Source of the DNA: Escherichia phage nepoznato
DNA: 64,000 nt
Strand: one strand, 5' to 3'
Sequence record: NC_052658.1
Positions 1 to 9,171 of the stretch are shown piece by piece. The notes under the pieces were generated by a model. That model was not told the DNA's origin and searched no databases. It worked only from the letters and a program-made list of their open reading frames with translations. The position numbers and the translations under genes are program-made. How positions within the stretch are numbered: position 1 is the first letter of the stretch; each line of letters begins with the position of its first letter.

Positions 1-225
1 CTCATGCCAACATAGCGACAAGGTGGGCCACTTGATTATAAATCACACAAACACTTATTTATCAATGGTTTGGCAACTTCATCATATGACGGAACATTGT
101 CAACTGATCCCGCTCATGACAAGCAGACTATTATTTATATGAGAATGATTATTATTTAAACGTTTATTAACATAAAAACTAAAATAAATCAAGATTATTC
201 TGATTTTATTTACGTTTAAGAGAAG

Positions 226-425
226 GTGCTCAACATCCTACCGGATCGCCGTTGGCAATCCTGCGGATATTTACGCCCCCATGATTAAGGTTTATCTCTT
301 TTCTTAGTGCTCAACATATCGCGTAGCGATAGTATTCGCCCCCGTGATATTTGCTCTTCTCTTAGTGCTCAACATTCCCGCCTGTGGCGGTAACATTTCG
401 CCCCCAAAATTATTGACTTTTATTC
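226..425. repeat. Three tandem direct repeats of about 60-70 bp, each with boxes GTGCTCAACAT and TTCGCCCCC flanking a variable short palindrome
   Basis: Copies start near 232, 312 and 364. Confidence 0.7.
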
Positions 426-779
426 TATTATGTGCATAGTGTGCAATGTATCGGAATGATGATAATCATCCTCCCATTGCCCCCATAATTATTGCCATGC
501 TAATTGTTTCCTTATGTAATTATCACAATGACTATTGTTATTGCGCTAATGTTATGATCTTGGTAATTACATATAATGCTAATAATAAGCCAGCGCAATA
601 AGTGTAAGCGTCATTACGCTTGCAATTATTGCAAGCTACGCAGTAACAAGAAATAACCATCACCGATGGTTATGATTGTTGGGGTGTAGTTGGCTTATTA
701 TTAGCTCGCTACGTGTCCGGCGTAGCGTGCTAATGATGAGTCTGTAAATGATTCATTGTGTAATGATTTCATTCAGGCA

Positions 780-1000
780 CTATTTTGCTAATAGTTATTA
801 TTTTAATGGTTTCGTTTGTTATTGTTCGTTAGTTGGTTGTTTTGTCGTGTTATCGTTATCTTGCTTAGTATTCATCATGGTTTGATTGTTTGTCGTTATC
901 AATCATCTTGCTATTATTCCTTTGATTATGATTAGTTTGCTTATTGTTTTATGTTGTTTGTTGGTTAGTTGTTGCGAACTATTATCAACATTATAATTAT
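780..1000. repeat. GT-rich low-complexity tract with strong strand compositional asymmetry
   Basis: Iterated GTT/TTG short motifs. Confidence 0.5.
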
Positions 1001-1249
1001 GCGCTTATATTGCATAGATAATCATGGGTAGATGATAATGGTTATCATTGCACTAGAAAGGAGGTAAAAGGGTGTTTTTGATGGTTTGTTGTTGGTTGTT
1101 GATCGATTTTAACCGCTCTAAATGGCTCTCTAACAGCCTGTAACCCTGGGAGGTATGGTTATTCGTTTGCTGGTTGATTAGCTCGATACCGCGATTTATT
1201 CAGTTTTGTTCTGTGTCGGTTTTTCATAGGCGGAAGCTATCAATATTGT

Positions 1250-1283
1250 TCGGGCAAAAATAAAGGGCGCTTAGTGCGCCCCT
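1250..1283 (-). terminator. Rho-independent terminator after leftward gene 1293-1661
   Basis: GGGCGC-loop-GCGCCC hairpin followed by T-run on minus strand. Confidence 0.6.
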
Positions 1284-1292
1284 TGTATAATC

Positions 1293-1661
1293 TTACTTTG
1301 TGCTGTTGTAAACGTTATCGCGTTCAACCATCACCGCAAGGCGGATCAGTTGATCAGTTGTATCGCGTAAATTGTCGGGCCATGTTTTACTGTTCCAGCT
1401 ATCCAGGTTTGATTGTATATAGGTTTCAATGGCTTGATCCATATTATCAAACAAGTTTTCCTCCAGGCTCTCGGCTGTTTCACACTGGAAAGCATTAGCG
1501 ACACTATTAATCAATAAGCAAGCCAGTAAATCAGCGTTGCGCCAATTTTTACGGATAGTTTCATCTGTCAGATAACCAACGAGATTAACCTTTGCGCCAG
1601 TGGTGGACGTTGCGATCACTTCTTGCGCTTTTTCAACTGCTTTAATTGCTGATTTGCTCAT
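1293..1661 (-). CDS. Hypothetical early protein (about 122 aa); start moved to internal Met
   Basis: Conserved leader element lies inside the ORF-track N-terminus; RBS AGAGGAAAAG before ATG at 1661. Confidence 0.55.
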   Translation of the reverse strand: MSKSAIKAVEKAQEVIATSTTGAKVNLVGYLTDETIRKNWRNADLLACLLINSVANAFQCETAESLEENLFDNMDQAIETYIQSNLDSWNSKTWPDNLRDTTDQLIRLAVMVERDNVYNSTK

Positions 1662-1690
1662 CTTCTTTTCCTCTTTGTGGGCTTGCTGTA

Positions 1691-1737
1691 TTGCTCGCCC
1701 TACGTGATAAATAATAATATAAGGGTGATCCCGTGTC
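1691..1737 (-). promoter_or_regulatory. Early promoter (TTGACA / TATTAT) plus conserved leader box
   Basis: Reverse complement reads TTGACA-N17-TATTAT-TTATCACGTAGGGCG. Confidence 0.55.
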
Positions 1738-1913
1738 AATAGGTAGAATTGTAAAGATTTGATAGTTTATCTCTTTGATGCTTTGTTGTTTGATAGATGT
1801 TAGCTATCAATATATAGCGGGGTCGTCCGGTGATTATCTTCCCTGTTTCCAGTGCCGCCCGTTCAATAAGCATAACAAAAAACAGGACAAAAACAAGCCC
1901 TGTTTTGTAAAGA

Positions 1914-2147
1914 TTAGATGATCTGCATATCTTCCACGATAATTTCTAATTTCCAAACAAGATGATCTAAGCTCCCTGATAAAAATGATTCCGATACATA
2001 ACCGCCATCGGACACCGTAGCAAGGATCTCGCCATTTGCTTGCTCTTTGATTTGAACATCCAGGCGGTTAGCCTTTGCTTTGTTCAGGACGGCGATCAGG
2101 CGGTTAGCTGTAGTCATGATGTTTCTCTCTTCTGTTGTGAGCGGCAC
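1914..2147 (-). CDS. Hypothetical early protein (77 aa)
   Basis: ORF with RBS; own promoter upstream. Confidence 0.6.
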   Translation of the reverse strand: MPLTTEERNIMTTANRLIAVLNKAKANRLDVQIKEQANGEILATVSDGGYVSESFLSGSLDHLVWKLEIIVEDMQII

Positions 2148-2198
2148 TATTGCCGCCCTACGTGATAAACTTTACTACCTGTTGCGCCTGCTGTCAAA
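2143..2198 (-). promoter_or_regulatory. Early promoter TTGACA-N-TAAAGT plus conserved leader stem-loop
   Basis: -35 near 2193-2198, -10 near 2169-2174, hairpin GGCGGCA/TGCCGCT. Confidence 0.6.
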
Positions 2199-2313
2199 CT
2201 ATTTTTTCTTTGCTTCCATTCGTCTAAGGTTACGGCTTGACTTGTTACGCAAGGCGCTCAAATCATCATAACCTTTAAAAGGTTGCATATTGTTCGGATT
2301 CATGCTACGCCCC

Positions 2314-2592
2314 TTAACGGTTATAAACGTCGTGAATAGTGATAAAGGCGCTACGACCATAAGCCGCCAAATCGGGATTGATCCAAGTGTTATCTAACAG
2401 TGTTTCAAGGACGATAGAATCATCATGAATAGCATCATAGAAATCAGGATGTATGATCGTTTCAATATCGTCCGGTGTTAGTTCCCAATTAAGGTTGCAA
2501 ACCGCTAAAACGTCTACCAATAACTTCCAATCTTGCAAATTAGTGGTTAATACTGTTTTCATTTCTTCGGTAGTGAGTTTAACGATGGTCAT
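2314..2592 (-). CDS. Hypothetical early protein (92 aa)
   Basis: ORF; promoter TTGCAA-N-TATAAT upstream. Confidence 0.6.
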   Translation of the reverse strand: MTIVKLTTEEMKTVLTTNLQDWKLLVDVLAVCNLNWELTPDDIETIIHPDFYDAIHDDSIVLETLLDNTWINPDLAAYGRSAFITIHDVYNR

Positions 2593-2599
2593 GATATTT

Positions 2600-2680
2600 T
2601 CTCTTTTTGATGAGGCGGAAAGTGTTCCCGCTCTCGATGTGAAACATTATACAACACTAAAAACTGATTGCAAGTGTTTT
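2600..2680 (-). promoter_or_regulatory. Early promoter (TTGCAA-N-TATAAT) plus leader stem-loop
   Basis: Direct reading of reverse complement. Confidence 0.6.
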
Positions 2681-2683
2681 TAA

Positions 2684-3013
2684 TTATCGCTTGCTATTCT
2701 CTTTCTCTACTTCCCCGATAGCATCGCAAAATTGATTGATAACATCAGGGTGAACGTCAATAGCGTCAAACAATCCGCTATTAGTTGCATTTTGTAAAGC
2801 AATAGACAATTCAGCCAGGGCGTTCAATTGTTTTACACGGAATTGATCGCGGATTGAATCCATATATTCCATCACTGCACTTTCCAGTGTTTCCCATGTA
2901 GTCGCTGCACCTTCGCCTACAGTTACATCCCACAAATTAGACTCGATTTGAGTCAGTACTACAGTTGGGCGACCAGCAACAACACTGCGGGCTAATTCGA
3001 TTTCATTAAACAT
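2684..3013 (-). CDS. Hypothetical early protein (109 aa)
   Basis: ORF; leader hairpin at about 3031-3050. Confidence 0.55.
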   Translation of the reverse strand: MFNEIELARSVVAGRPTVVLTQIESNLWDVTVGEGAATTWETLESAVMEYMDSIRDQFRVKQLNALAELSIALQNATNSGLFDAIDVHPDVINQFCDAIGEVEKENSKR

Positions 3014-3089
3014 TTTATTTTCCTCTTTGTGGGGAGAACTATTCTCCCCTTCATGTAAAACAGTCTACAGGTTTATTTCTCAATGTCAA

Positions 3090-3269
3090 CTATTTATTAT
3101 CGGGATTGTAAGCCAGGACCGCGCCACTTGCTTTCACCGCCCCAGCCTCATAGCTGCGTAAATCTTCCTCGGTGATATTCATTGCGATCACTTCCTCGAC
3201 CTCTACGCCAGTAGCAAGGGCGATCTCTTTGATGATATTTGATGTTTTGATAATGTCGATAGTTTTCAT
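3090..3269 (-). CDS. Hypothetical small protein (about 59 aa); start moved to MKTID
   Basis: RBS AAGGGG before ATG at 3269. Confidence 0.5.
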   Translation of the reverse strand: MKTIDIIKTSNIIKEIALATGVEVEEVIAMNITEEDLRSYEAGAVKASGAVLAYNPDNK

Positions 3270-3279
3270 AGTAAGCCCC

Positions 3280-3399
3280 TTACAGAAGAATAGCCGCGAT
3301 GGTTGAAATGAAAGCAATAACAGCGACGATGATCATCATGTTTTTACCTTCGGTTACTGCTACGTTTTCGGTGCTGTATTCTACGGTATATTTGCTCAT
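3280..3399 (-). CDS. Small hydrophobic (transmembrane) peptide, about 39 aa
   Basis: RBS GAGGG; hydrophobic C-terminus MMIIVAVIAFISTIAAILL. Confidence 0.45.
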   Translation of the reverse strand: MSKYTVEYSTENVAVTEGKNMMIIVAVIAFISTIAAILL

Positions 3400-3488
3400 C
3401 TTTCTACCCTCGTTTGTGGTTGGCTGTTGTCGCCGCCCTATGTATTTAATATACACTACCACGGCAGCATTGCAAGTTTATTTTGCAA

Positions 3489-3779
3489 TTATTTTTCTTC
3501 TGTAAAAAGCCCATCATTAACAACGGCGGCGATGATTTCACGGGCCATTGATTCGGGAAACGGTAGGCTATAATCCTGGCTTGTTTCATCTTCGCAAGAT
3601 ACCCAATGATAAGCTAATGAATAATACCCCTTAGAAACGGTTTTCAGGCTAACAATGATCACGGTGTTTTGTTCGTTGGTAAACGTCGCCGTGATGGTCT
3701 GGTCGTTTTGCACCATATCCATCAAACGGGCGTTATCATTTACCAGGGAAAACATTAGCACGGTGTTAGCTTTACTCAT
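3489..3779 (-). CDS. Hypothetical early protein (about 96 aa)
   Basis: Start set at MSKAN after the leader hairpin. Confidence 0.55.
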   Translation of the reverse strand: MSKANTVLMFSLVNDNARLMDMVQNDQTITATFTNEQNTVIIVSLKTVSKGYYSLAYHWVSCEDETSQDYSLPFPESMAREIIAAVVNDGLFTEEK

Positions 3780-3850
3780 GATTGCATCCTCAAAGGGGCG
3801 CGGCACCATTGCCGCCCTACACGATAACTATAACACAATGTAAAACAGGA

Positions 3851-4057
3851 TCAACCTTTATTTTTCCACGGTGTCAGCTTGTTAATCATTGGTGATAAAT
3901 AGCGTTTACCAACGTAAAACAGTACGCCAACTGATGCAACGGCGGCGACCTCATGCATAGCCGACGGGAAACGGGTATCATAATAAGATCCAATAATAGC
4001 GATAGCGGCAACGGCTGCAACGTCGATAATGATTTTTTCTTGTTTTGCGGTGATCAT
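3851..4057 (-). CDS. Small membrane protein (68 aa)
   Basis: Two hydrophobic segments. Confidence 0.55.
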   Translation of the reverse strand: MITAKQEKIIIDVAAVAAIAIIGSYYDTRFPSAMHEVAAVASVGVLFYVGKRYLSPMINKLTPWKNKG

Positions 4058-4142
4058 AATATTTACCTTTTTGTATGGTGGGGAACTATTCCCCGCCTGA
4101 TGTAATACAGTTTAACAGGTCCGGTTATGGTGTCAACCGTTT

Positions 4143-4328
4143 TTAAAGATATTTTATGCTAATAACGTTTTCCGGTTTAACCTTGTTATAATGTGCATCA
4201 ACATAGATCAAACCATCGTCAGAAAAGCCCAGGATCACGCCCTGCGCAATAAAACCGTATTCGTCACGGTAACGCACGGCTATTTTTAATGTTGCGCTGT
4301 ACGCTGTTTTAAGCTCGTTTAAAGTCAT
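4143..4328 (-). CDS. Hypothetical small protein (61 aa)
   Basis: ORF with RBS GAGGATAAA. Confidence 0.55.
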   Translation of the reverse strand: MTLNELKTAYSATLKIAVRYRDEYGFIAQGVILGFSDDGLIYVDAHYNKVKPENVISIKYL

Positions 4329-4348
4329 TTTTGTTTATCCTCTACATG

Positions 4349-4377
4349 TAAAAAGAAAGGGCGCTTGGTGCGCCCTT
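4349..4377 (-). terminator. Hairpin GGGCGC-TTGGT-GCGCCC with T-run (terminator or processing element)
   Basis: Close copy of the hairpin at 1262-1283. Confidence 0.45.
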
Positions 4378-4383
4378 GTTATG

Positions 4384-4530
4384 TTAATCCTCTAAATCCA
4401 TCCAATTATATTTGTCACTCTTCCCGCGCTTTGTTTTATTACGCTTGTCGCCTTTGCGGATCACTTCCTCGTTCCAGGCCTTGCGGATCTTGGAAGATTG
4501 AATTTTTTCTGCGCGATTAGATGTATTCAT
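4384..4530 (-). CDS. Lys/Arg-rich small protein, about 48 aa, not in the ORF track
   Basis: ATG with RBS GAAGAGGAAA; fills the gap between a leader element and the terminator. Confidence 0.45.
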   Translation of the reverse strand: MNTSNRAEKIQSSKIRKAWNEEVIRKGDKRNKTKRGKSDKYNWMDLED

Positions 4531-4609
4531 TTTGTTTCCTCTTCATATGAGCGGCACCATTGCCGCTATATTGTTAATTTAAACTGTTTTGTAAAATTGT
4601 CAAGGTTTA

Positions 4610-4960
4610 TCATTCATAAGAGCAAGCAAGGATCACGCCTGCAATATAAAGCCAATAATTTTCCCTTTCTCGTTGGATTTTATCATCGCGGCTATTCTCT
4701 TTAATGTATCCCCAGGATGTTAACAGGCGATCAATTTCCCAATATTCGAAAGCGATATTGATATCTGATGGCAAACCTTGTAACCAACTTGCCAGGGCGC
4801 GGACTATTGATCCGTTATATCGTTTTTGATTATCAGGGTACCAGTACTCTGATTCAAAGCGGCGCATCAGTTCGGCTATCTTCTCTTTTTCGCCAGTGAT
4901 GCCATAGTCGATTGATGCTAGGATGTAACCTTTAATTTCGTTTTGTGCTTTCATGGTCAA
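4610..4960 (-). CDS. Hypothetical early protein (116 aa)
   Basis: ORF in promoter-led array. Confidence 0.6.
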   Translation of the reverse strand: MTMKAQNEIKGYILASIDYGITGEKEKIAELMRRFESEYWYPDNQKRYNGSIVRALASWLQGLPSDINIAFEYWEIDRLLTSWGYIKENSRDDKIQRERENYWLYIAGVILACSYE

Positions 4961-4966
4961 TCTCTC

Positions 4967-5188
4967 TTATTTACTTACAACCAGTTGATAACCGTTTTCT
5001 ACATTGCTAAACACTGTTAGCCCGTCGTCGCGCTCACTCATCAACAAGCAAGGCGATAACATGCGTTCGGCAGCTTTACACTCATTATAAGCGGCAGTGA
5101 TGTCTCCTGCTGCCTTGTCTTCTGTAGTAAATGTCTCGTTTACGTAAACCTGACCAGCAACAACGGCGACAATAGCAAAAGTAATCAT
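4967..5188 (-). CDS. Hypothetical early protein (73 aa)
   Basis: ORF; TTGACT-N-TATAAT promoter at about 5231-5262. Confidence 0.55.
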   Translation of the reverse strand: MITFAIVAVVAGQVYVNETFTTEDKAAGDITAAYNECKAAERMLSPCLLMSERDDGLTVFSNVENGYQLVVSK

Positions 5189-5262
5189 GATGTTTCCTTG
5201 TTAATAGTGGTTTCTCTTCTCTATAGCGCCCATTATAAAGCGCTATAACGAAAAGTCAACGA

Positions 5263-5430
5263 TTATTTTTTAAGGCTTAAAGTACCTAACTTGTCAGCAT
5301 GACGCAGACCAGGGAAGATCCATTTGCCTGATTCATCTTTTACCGGAGCTTTAAGCGTAGCGCCCAGGTTGGCGGCGTTAACTTTACGTGCAACGTTGCG
5401 AGCGGCTTCACGGGTAGCGCAAGTGATCAT
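5263..5430 (-). CDS. Hypothetical small protein, about 55 aa, not in the ORF track
   Basis: ATG downstream of leader hairpin 5457-5477. Confidence 0.45.
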   Translation of the reverse strand: MITCATREAARNVARKVNAANLGATLKAPVKDESGKWIFPGLRHADKLGTLSLKK

Positions 5431-5526
5431 GATGTTTTCCTCTTCTCTTTGTTAGGCGGTGGACCATTCCGCCGCCTTGATGTAATACAGTTTACTCTTT
5501 TTCTTTCCGGTGTCAACAATCTTTTT

Positions 5527-5754
5527 TCAGATTAATTCATCCAGGCATAACAGGCGATCAACGTTGAGATCGGTTAGGCTGATGGTTGGCACCTGGTAGG
5601 ATTCGATGTACTCAACGCTCGACCATTGCCCGAAGTTAGCGACCGCCCAGCTATTCAAGGAAGAGTGAAGATCATCCCCTTTCTTCTCGGTGATAACTGC
5701 TACTACCTGGGAAGTGCCAACGGTGCCGGATACGCGAACAATATTGATAGCCAT
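5527..5754 (-). CDS. Hypothetical early protein (75 aa)
   Basis: ORF with own promoter. Confidence 0.6.
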   Translation of the reverse strand: MAINIVRVSGTVGTSQVVAVITEKKGDDLHSSLNSWAVANFGQWSSVEYIESYQVPTISLTDLNVDRLLCLDELI

Positions 5755-5769
5755 GATTTTTCTCTCTTC

Positions 5770-5834
5770 TGTTAGGCGGGGCGCTTGTCGCCCCTATGTG
5801 ATACATCTTACACTAATTTTAAACGTTGTCAAAT
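5770..5834 (-). promoter_or_regulatory. Early promoter plus leader stem-loop (GGCGGGGCG/CGCCCC stem)
   Basis: TTGACA near 5829-5834; hairpin 5772-5790. Confidence 0.55.
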
Positions 5835-5927
5835 TATTTTCTATTTCTTCCGTAATAGCCCAATTTATGATCTAAGCTAAAACGTTTTGTTAGATAGGTA
5901 GAACGATGTTTCATTTTTATATCTCCT

Positions 5928-6167
5928 TTACATTCCAACCATCGCGGCGCGGATCGCTGTAGTGCTATACTTGAAACCGTCTGGAGTTTTATCTTGTCCA
6001 GTTTGTTCCAGGAATAACATCATATCACGGGCAGCATCATTACGATTAGTATTAGCGGCGATAAATTCTTTCGCCAACCGATATAACGATTCATCGTTAT
6101 TAATCCAAAGGCTTACATTCCAATGAGTTTTATTTTTGTGACCTAAGAACATTTTTGATTTAGCCAT
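5928..6167 (-). CDS. Hypothetical early protein (79 aa)
   Basis: ORF; leader element 6188-6225. Confidence 0.6.
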   Translation of the reverse strand: MAKSKMFLGHKNKTHWNVSLWINNDESLYRLAKEFIAANTNRNDAARDMMLFLEQTGQDKTPDGFKYSTTAIRAAMVGM

Positions 6168-6257
6168 GATGTTAATCTCTTTTTTCAGTGAGGCGGGAAG
6201 TGTTCCCGCTCTCTATGTAATACAGTTTACTCTTTTTATTCGTGCTGTCAATGCTTT

Positions 6258-6623
6258 TTATAAATCTTTTTTACGTTTAACATCGCTCGCATGACTGTAT
6301 ACAGTGATCCCATTATCACGGCAAAAACGGGAAAGATACGCGCCGCGTGAAAACTCTTTACCTTCCATATTAATAACCTTGCTAAATTCTTCCAGGGCGA
6401 CGGTATCAAAATGATCACCATAACCATATTGAAACGGAACGTTAACCACCTCGATCAGTTTACCGCCGATCTCAACGTCAACCATTAAAGAAAAATATGT
6501 ATTACCGTAGGACTGTTGAAACCAACGACGGGCGCTAATATGCACCGCCTCAATGCTGGATAGTTCAATTTTAGCCGTGTCAGCCAGGGTAGCATAAGAG
6601 GAAACATTAATATTAATAGCCAT
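6258..6623 (-). CDS. Hypothetical early protein (121 aa)
   Basis: ORF with own promoter. Confidence 0.6.
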   Translation of the reverse strand: MAININVSSYATLADTAKIELSSIEAVHISARRWFQQSYGNTYFSLMVDVEIGGKLIEVVNVPFQYGYGDHFDTVALEEFSKVINMEGKEFSRGAYLSRFCRDNGITVYSHASDVKRKKDL

Positions 6624-6641
6624 GATGATAACCTTTTTATT

Positions 6642-6701
6642 GTTGGCGGCACCATTGCCGCCCTACGTGATAAACTATAACAGAATTTTAAACAATGTCA
6701 A
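6642..6701 (-). promoter_or_regulatory. Early promoter (TTGACA-N17-TATAGT) plus conserved leader TTATCACGTAGGGCGGCAATGGTGCCGCC
   Basis: -35 at 6696-6701, -10 at 6674-6679. Confidence 0.65.
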
Positions 6702-6711
6702 ACGTTTTTTC

Positions 6712-6957
6712 TTAGTTTGCGAAATATGGCGCGGCGGCTGATGCCGTTAAGCTCCAAGTGATTTGACTATCGATCAAGTATTCTTCATTCTTGATCCGCA
6801 CGGTATCAATCGAGAAGTTACTAAAAGGTTTACTTTTAATTTTACGAACAACCGTTACACGACGGTTATTTTTCATCTCTTTTAACTGAATCCAGGCGAA
6901 ACCTTTTTCATTAACGAAAATTTCATTGTGGTTAGTGATAGATGATAAGTGTTTCAT
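6712..6957 (-). CDS. Hypothetical early protein (about 81 aa); start moved to MKHLSS
   Basis: ORF-track N-terminus (MYHVGR...) is a read-through of the leader element. Confidence 0.55.
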   Translation of the reverse strand: MKHLSSITNHNEIFVNEKGFAWIQLKEMKNNRRVTVVRKIKSKPFSNFSIDTVRIKNEEYLIDSQITWSLTASAAAPYFAN

Positions 6958-7049
6958 GATTTTTCTCTCTTCTGTTTTGAGCGGTGGACCATTCCGCCGC
7001 CCTACGTGATACATATTACTACTTTTTCAAACGTTGTCAACAATCTTTT

Positions 7050-7331
7050 TCAACTATATGATCCGCACCGTTCGCAATAGTGATCTTCTTCCTCTTCCAC
7101 TACTTGACCGACAAAATGATCAACCTTTGATTTCAGGCTTTTATAATTACTTTCTACTTCCTGTAGTCGTCGTTGGTAGTATTCCAGGGCTTGCACATAT
7201 GCCGCTTGTTCTGTTTTAGCTTGCATCGCTAAATTCATGCCGCGCGTGTCATCATACAACCAATAACCATCATTGCATTCACTGATTGACAGTGTGGGGC
7301 TTAGTTTTTCGTGACGGATAACCTTGCTCAT
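7050..7331 (-). CDS. Hypothetical early protein (about 93 aa), C-terminal CxxC
   Basis: Start set at MSKVIRHEK. Confidence 0.5.
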   Translation of the reverse strand: MSKVIRHEKLSPTLSISECNDGYWLYDDTRGMNLAMQAKTEQAAYVQALEYYQRRLQEVESNYKSLKSKVDHFVGQVVEEEEDHYCERCGSYS

Positions 7332-7341
7332 AGTGTGCGCC

Positions 7342-7446
7342 TTATAGAATGATTGAAACAACAATTGCTACAGTGATCCACACTGGAACGGCTAACAAAA
7401 TAGCGTTAATCGTTCCAACCGTCAAGCTATTTCCTTTATTAATCAT
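7342..7446 (-). CDS. 34-aa hydrophobic peptide MINKGNSLTVGTINAILLAVPVWITVAIVVSIIL, not in the ORF track
   Basis: ATG after RBS AGAGG, directly downstream of a promoter/leader. Confidence 0.4.
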   Translation of the reverse strand: MINKGNSLTVGTINAILLAVPVWITVAIVVSIIL

Positions 7447-7469
7447 TGTAAGCCTCTTGCATAATTTCA

Positions 7470-7532
7470 CTATGAGCGGCACCATTGCCGCCCTACGTGG
7501 TAAATATTATGCCAGTGGCGGCGATATGTCAA
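7470..7532 (-). promoter_or_regulatory. Early promoter (TTGACA-N17-TAATAT) plus leader stem-loop
   Basis: -35 at 7527-7532, -10 at 7504-7509. Confidence 0.65.
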
Positions 7533-8095
7533 AGACTATTTTCAAAGTTTTCTAGGGCGATCCTTTTTTCTTCCTCTGTCGGCTGATAATCAGGAAAAGC
7601 ATCAGCACACAACAACGGCGGGATCTCTTCGTACTCTTCCTCTTCCGTTGTCTCCTCGTCTTCCTCCTGGGCTATGGCTGCAATTTTGGCTAATTTTCTT
7701 TCAGCTTGAATCAATTTACCATCAAGTACGTTTTTTGCCATGTTGTAAGCGGTCCAGGTGATGCGCTTACTTTCCAGGGCCTGATCGAGCGCCGCTATCT
7801 TGCTGGGGTATTCATCCAGGACACGAAAAGCCGGATCAACTTTGTACAAAGGATTATCTTTCGCGCCGTCGCTCGCATCTTCCGCACTGGATAAATCAGC
7901 GTTACCATTTGCCAGCCAGCCAGGGCGCACATAACGCGCTTTTATGTTGCCGTTACTACGTGCTAACCTGTTACCTATTTGCTCACCGCTATATCCCGTG
8001 GATTCATCGATAAGATGATCGGGAATGATGCGCGGATCATCTGCTTCATGTTTTACCCAAGACTGGATCACATATTCGCGGCCCATATTAACCAC
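7529..8095 (-). CDS. Hypothetical protein (188 aa) with acidic C-terminal tract
   Basis: ORF. Confidence 0.55.
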   Translation of the reverse strand: MVNMGREYVIQSWVKHEADDPRIIPDHLIDESTGYSGEQIGNRLARSNGNIKARYVRPGWLANGNADLSSAEDASDGAKDNPLYKVDPAFRVLDEYPSKIAALDQALESKRITWTAYNMAKNVLDGKLIQAERKLAKIAAIAQEEDEETTEEEEYEEIPPLLCADAFPDYQPTEEEKRIALENFENSL

Positions 8096-8345
8096 CTTTT
8101 TTCAACAATCGGCATACTTTAAAAAGACTTGCTGAATCCTTGCAAGGGTAGAAAGATGTACGATAATCACGTACGCCAACCTTGCGGATCTCGATGTTTT
8201 CGCATGTTGTTTGATCAAAGATATTTATTTCATCACGCCCCCTTATATAAACATAGTGGGGATGTATTAACGCATATTTTGCTAATCTGTAAAAAGCGTT
8301 ATCTTTGAACGCGATCACGTGACCTTTTAATTTGATGTAAAACAT
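8088..8345 (-). CDS. Hypothetical protein (85 aa)
   Basis: ORF; leader element 8355-8385. Confidence 0.55.
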   Translation of the reverse strand: MFYIKLKGHVIAFKDNAFYRLAKYALIHPHYVYIRGRDEINIFDQTTCENIEIRKVGVRDYRTSFYPCKDSASLFKVCRLLKKGG

Positions 8346-8421
8346 TCTACCACCTTACAAATAGCGGGAACTATTCCCGCTTTATGTAACATATTAACAA
8401 ATTAGTCGTTAATGTCAAGCC

Positions 8422-8694
8422 TTAAAGCAAAAACGCTACATCTTGCGCTTTTAATGTAGTGTCAACCATTTTTGGGCTTTTATAATCAACAAAACGCGCG
8501 GTTTTTTCAATAGCAAAACCGAGATAATCTTGTTTATTGAATTTACATTCTTTCTTAAATGTTTCCCGCGCCACGGTGATCGCTGCGTCCAGGGATAAAC
8601 GCCCGTCAATGTTGATATTTGCGAAAGATCCGCCACCGCTCATAGGTTTACCAGTGGTGCCAGCTACGATCATTGTTGCGCTATATGATGCCAT
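8422..8694 (-). CDS. Hypothetical protein (about 91 aa); start moved to MASYS
   Basis: ORF-track N-terminus spans the leader element. Confidence 0.55.
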   Translation of the reverse strand: MASYSATMIVAGTTGKPMSGGGSFANINIDGRLSLDAAITVARETFKKECKFNKQDYLGFAIEKTARFVDYKSPKMVDTTLKAQDVAFLL

Positions 8695-8786
8695 GATTAT
8701 AATCTCTCTTCTGTTGTGAGCGGCTGAACCATTCCGCCGCCCTATGTGATACATCTTATCAGGTTGTTGGTTGTTGTCAATACTTT

Positions 8787-8984
8787 TTATTCTATTCCTG
8801 CAATCTGATTAACGCGTTTGCATTTTGTAGCGTGCTGGTCTTCTGTAATTACTCCCATTTCTAACAGTGAATCAATGAAAGATAAAACCGTTTCATGATC
8901 ATCCTGGGGATGACTGAACTCAGTAAAACCGTTTACTACCACGTTTATTTGTCCAGCTTTCGCCACAATGTGCAATGTTGCCAT
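8787..8984 (-). CDS. Hypothetical protein (about 66 aa); start moved to MATLH
   Basis: RBS GGAG before ATG at 8984. Confidence 0.5.
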   Translation of the reverse strand: MATLHIVAKAGQINVVVNGFTEFSHPQDDHETVLSFIDSLLEMGVITEDQHATKCKRVNQIAGIE

Positions 8985-8996
8985 GATTTTAACTCC

Positions 8997-9060
8997 AAAT
9001 AATGAGCGGCACCATTGCCGCCCTACGTGGTAAATATTATGCCGCCACCTGGCGAACGTC
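8997..9060 (-). promoter_or_regulatory. Early promoter (TTGACG-N-TAATAT) plus leader stem-loop
   Basis: Near-identical to element at 7470-7532. Confidence 0.6.
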
Positions 9061-9171
9061 AATCACTTTTTCAATCTTTTTTATTTTCTTTTTGCTTGCT
9101 ATATATAAAAGAAAGGGCTATCATCTTTCTACCGCGCCAACCTGGGCGCACATCAAAGAAAGGGCGATACC

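Larger units (their letters stand above)
1..1270. other. Non-coding region about 1.27 kb with no ORF of 60 aa or more on either strand; repeats and palindromes
   Basis: ORF track empty; direct reading. Confidence 0.6.

Noticed and set aside
226-425. Possible CRISPR array
   Set aside because: Only three units of unequal length with variable internal palindromes, not regular repeat-spacer structure
6958-7014. ORF-track N-terminal extensions containing YHVGR (also in ORFs 1293-1739, 8422-8754, 8787-9062)
   Set aside because: The shared peptide is the translation of the conserved promoter-leader element read through in frame; true starts are the downstream Met codons with RBS
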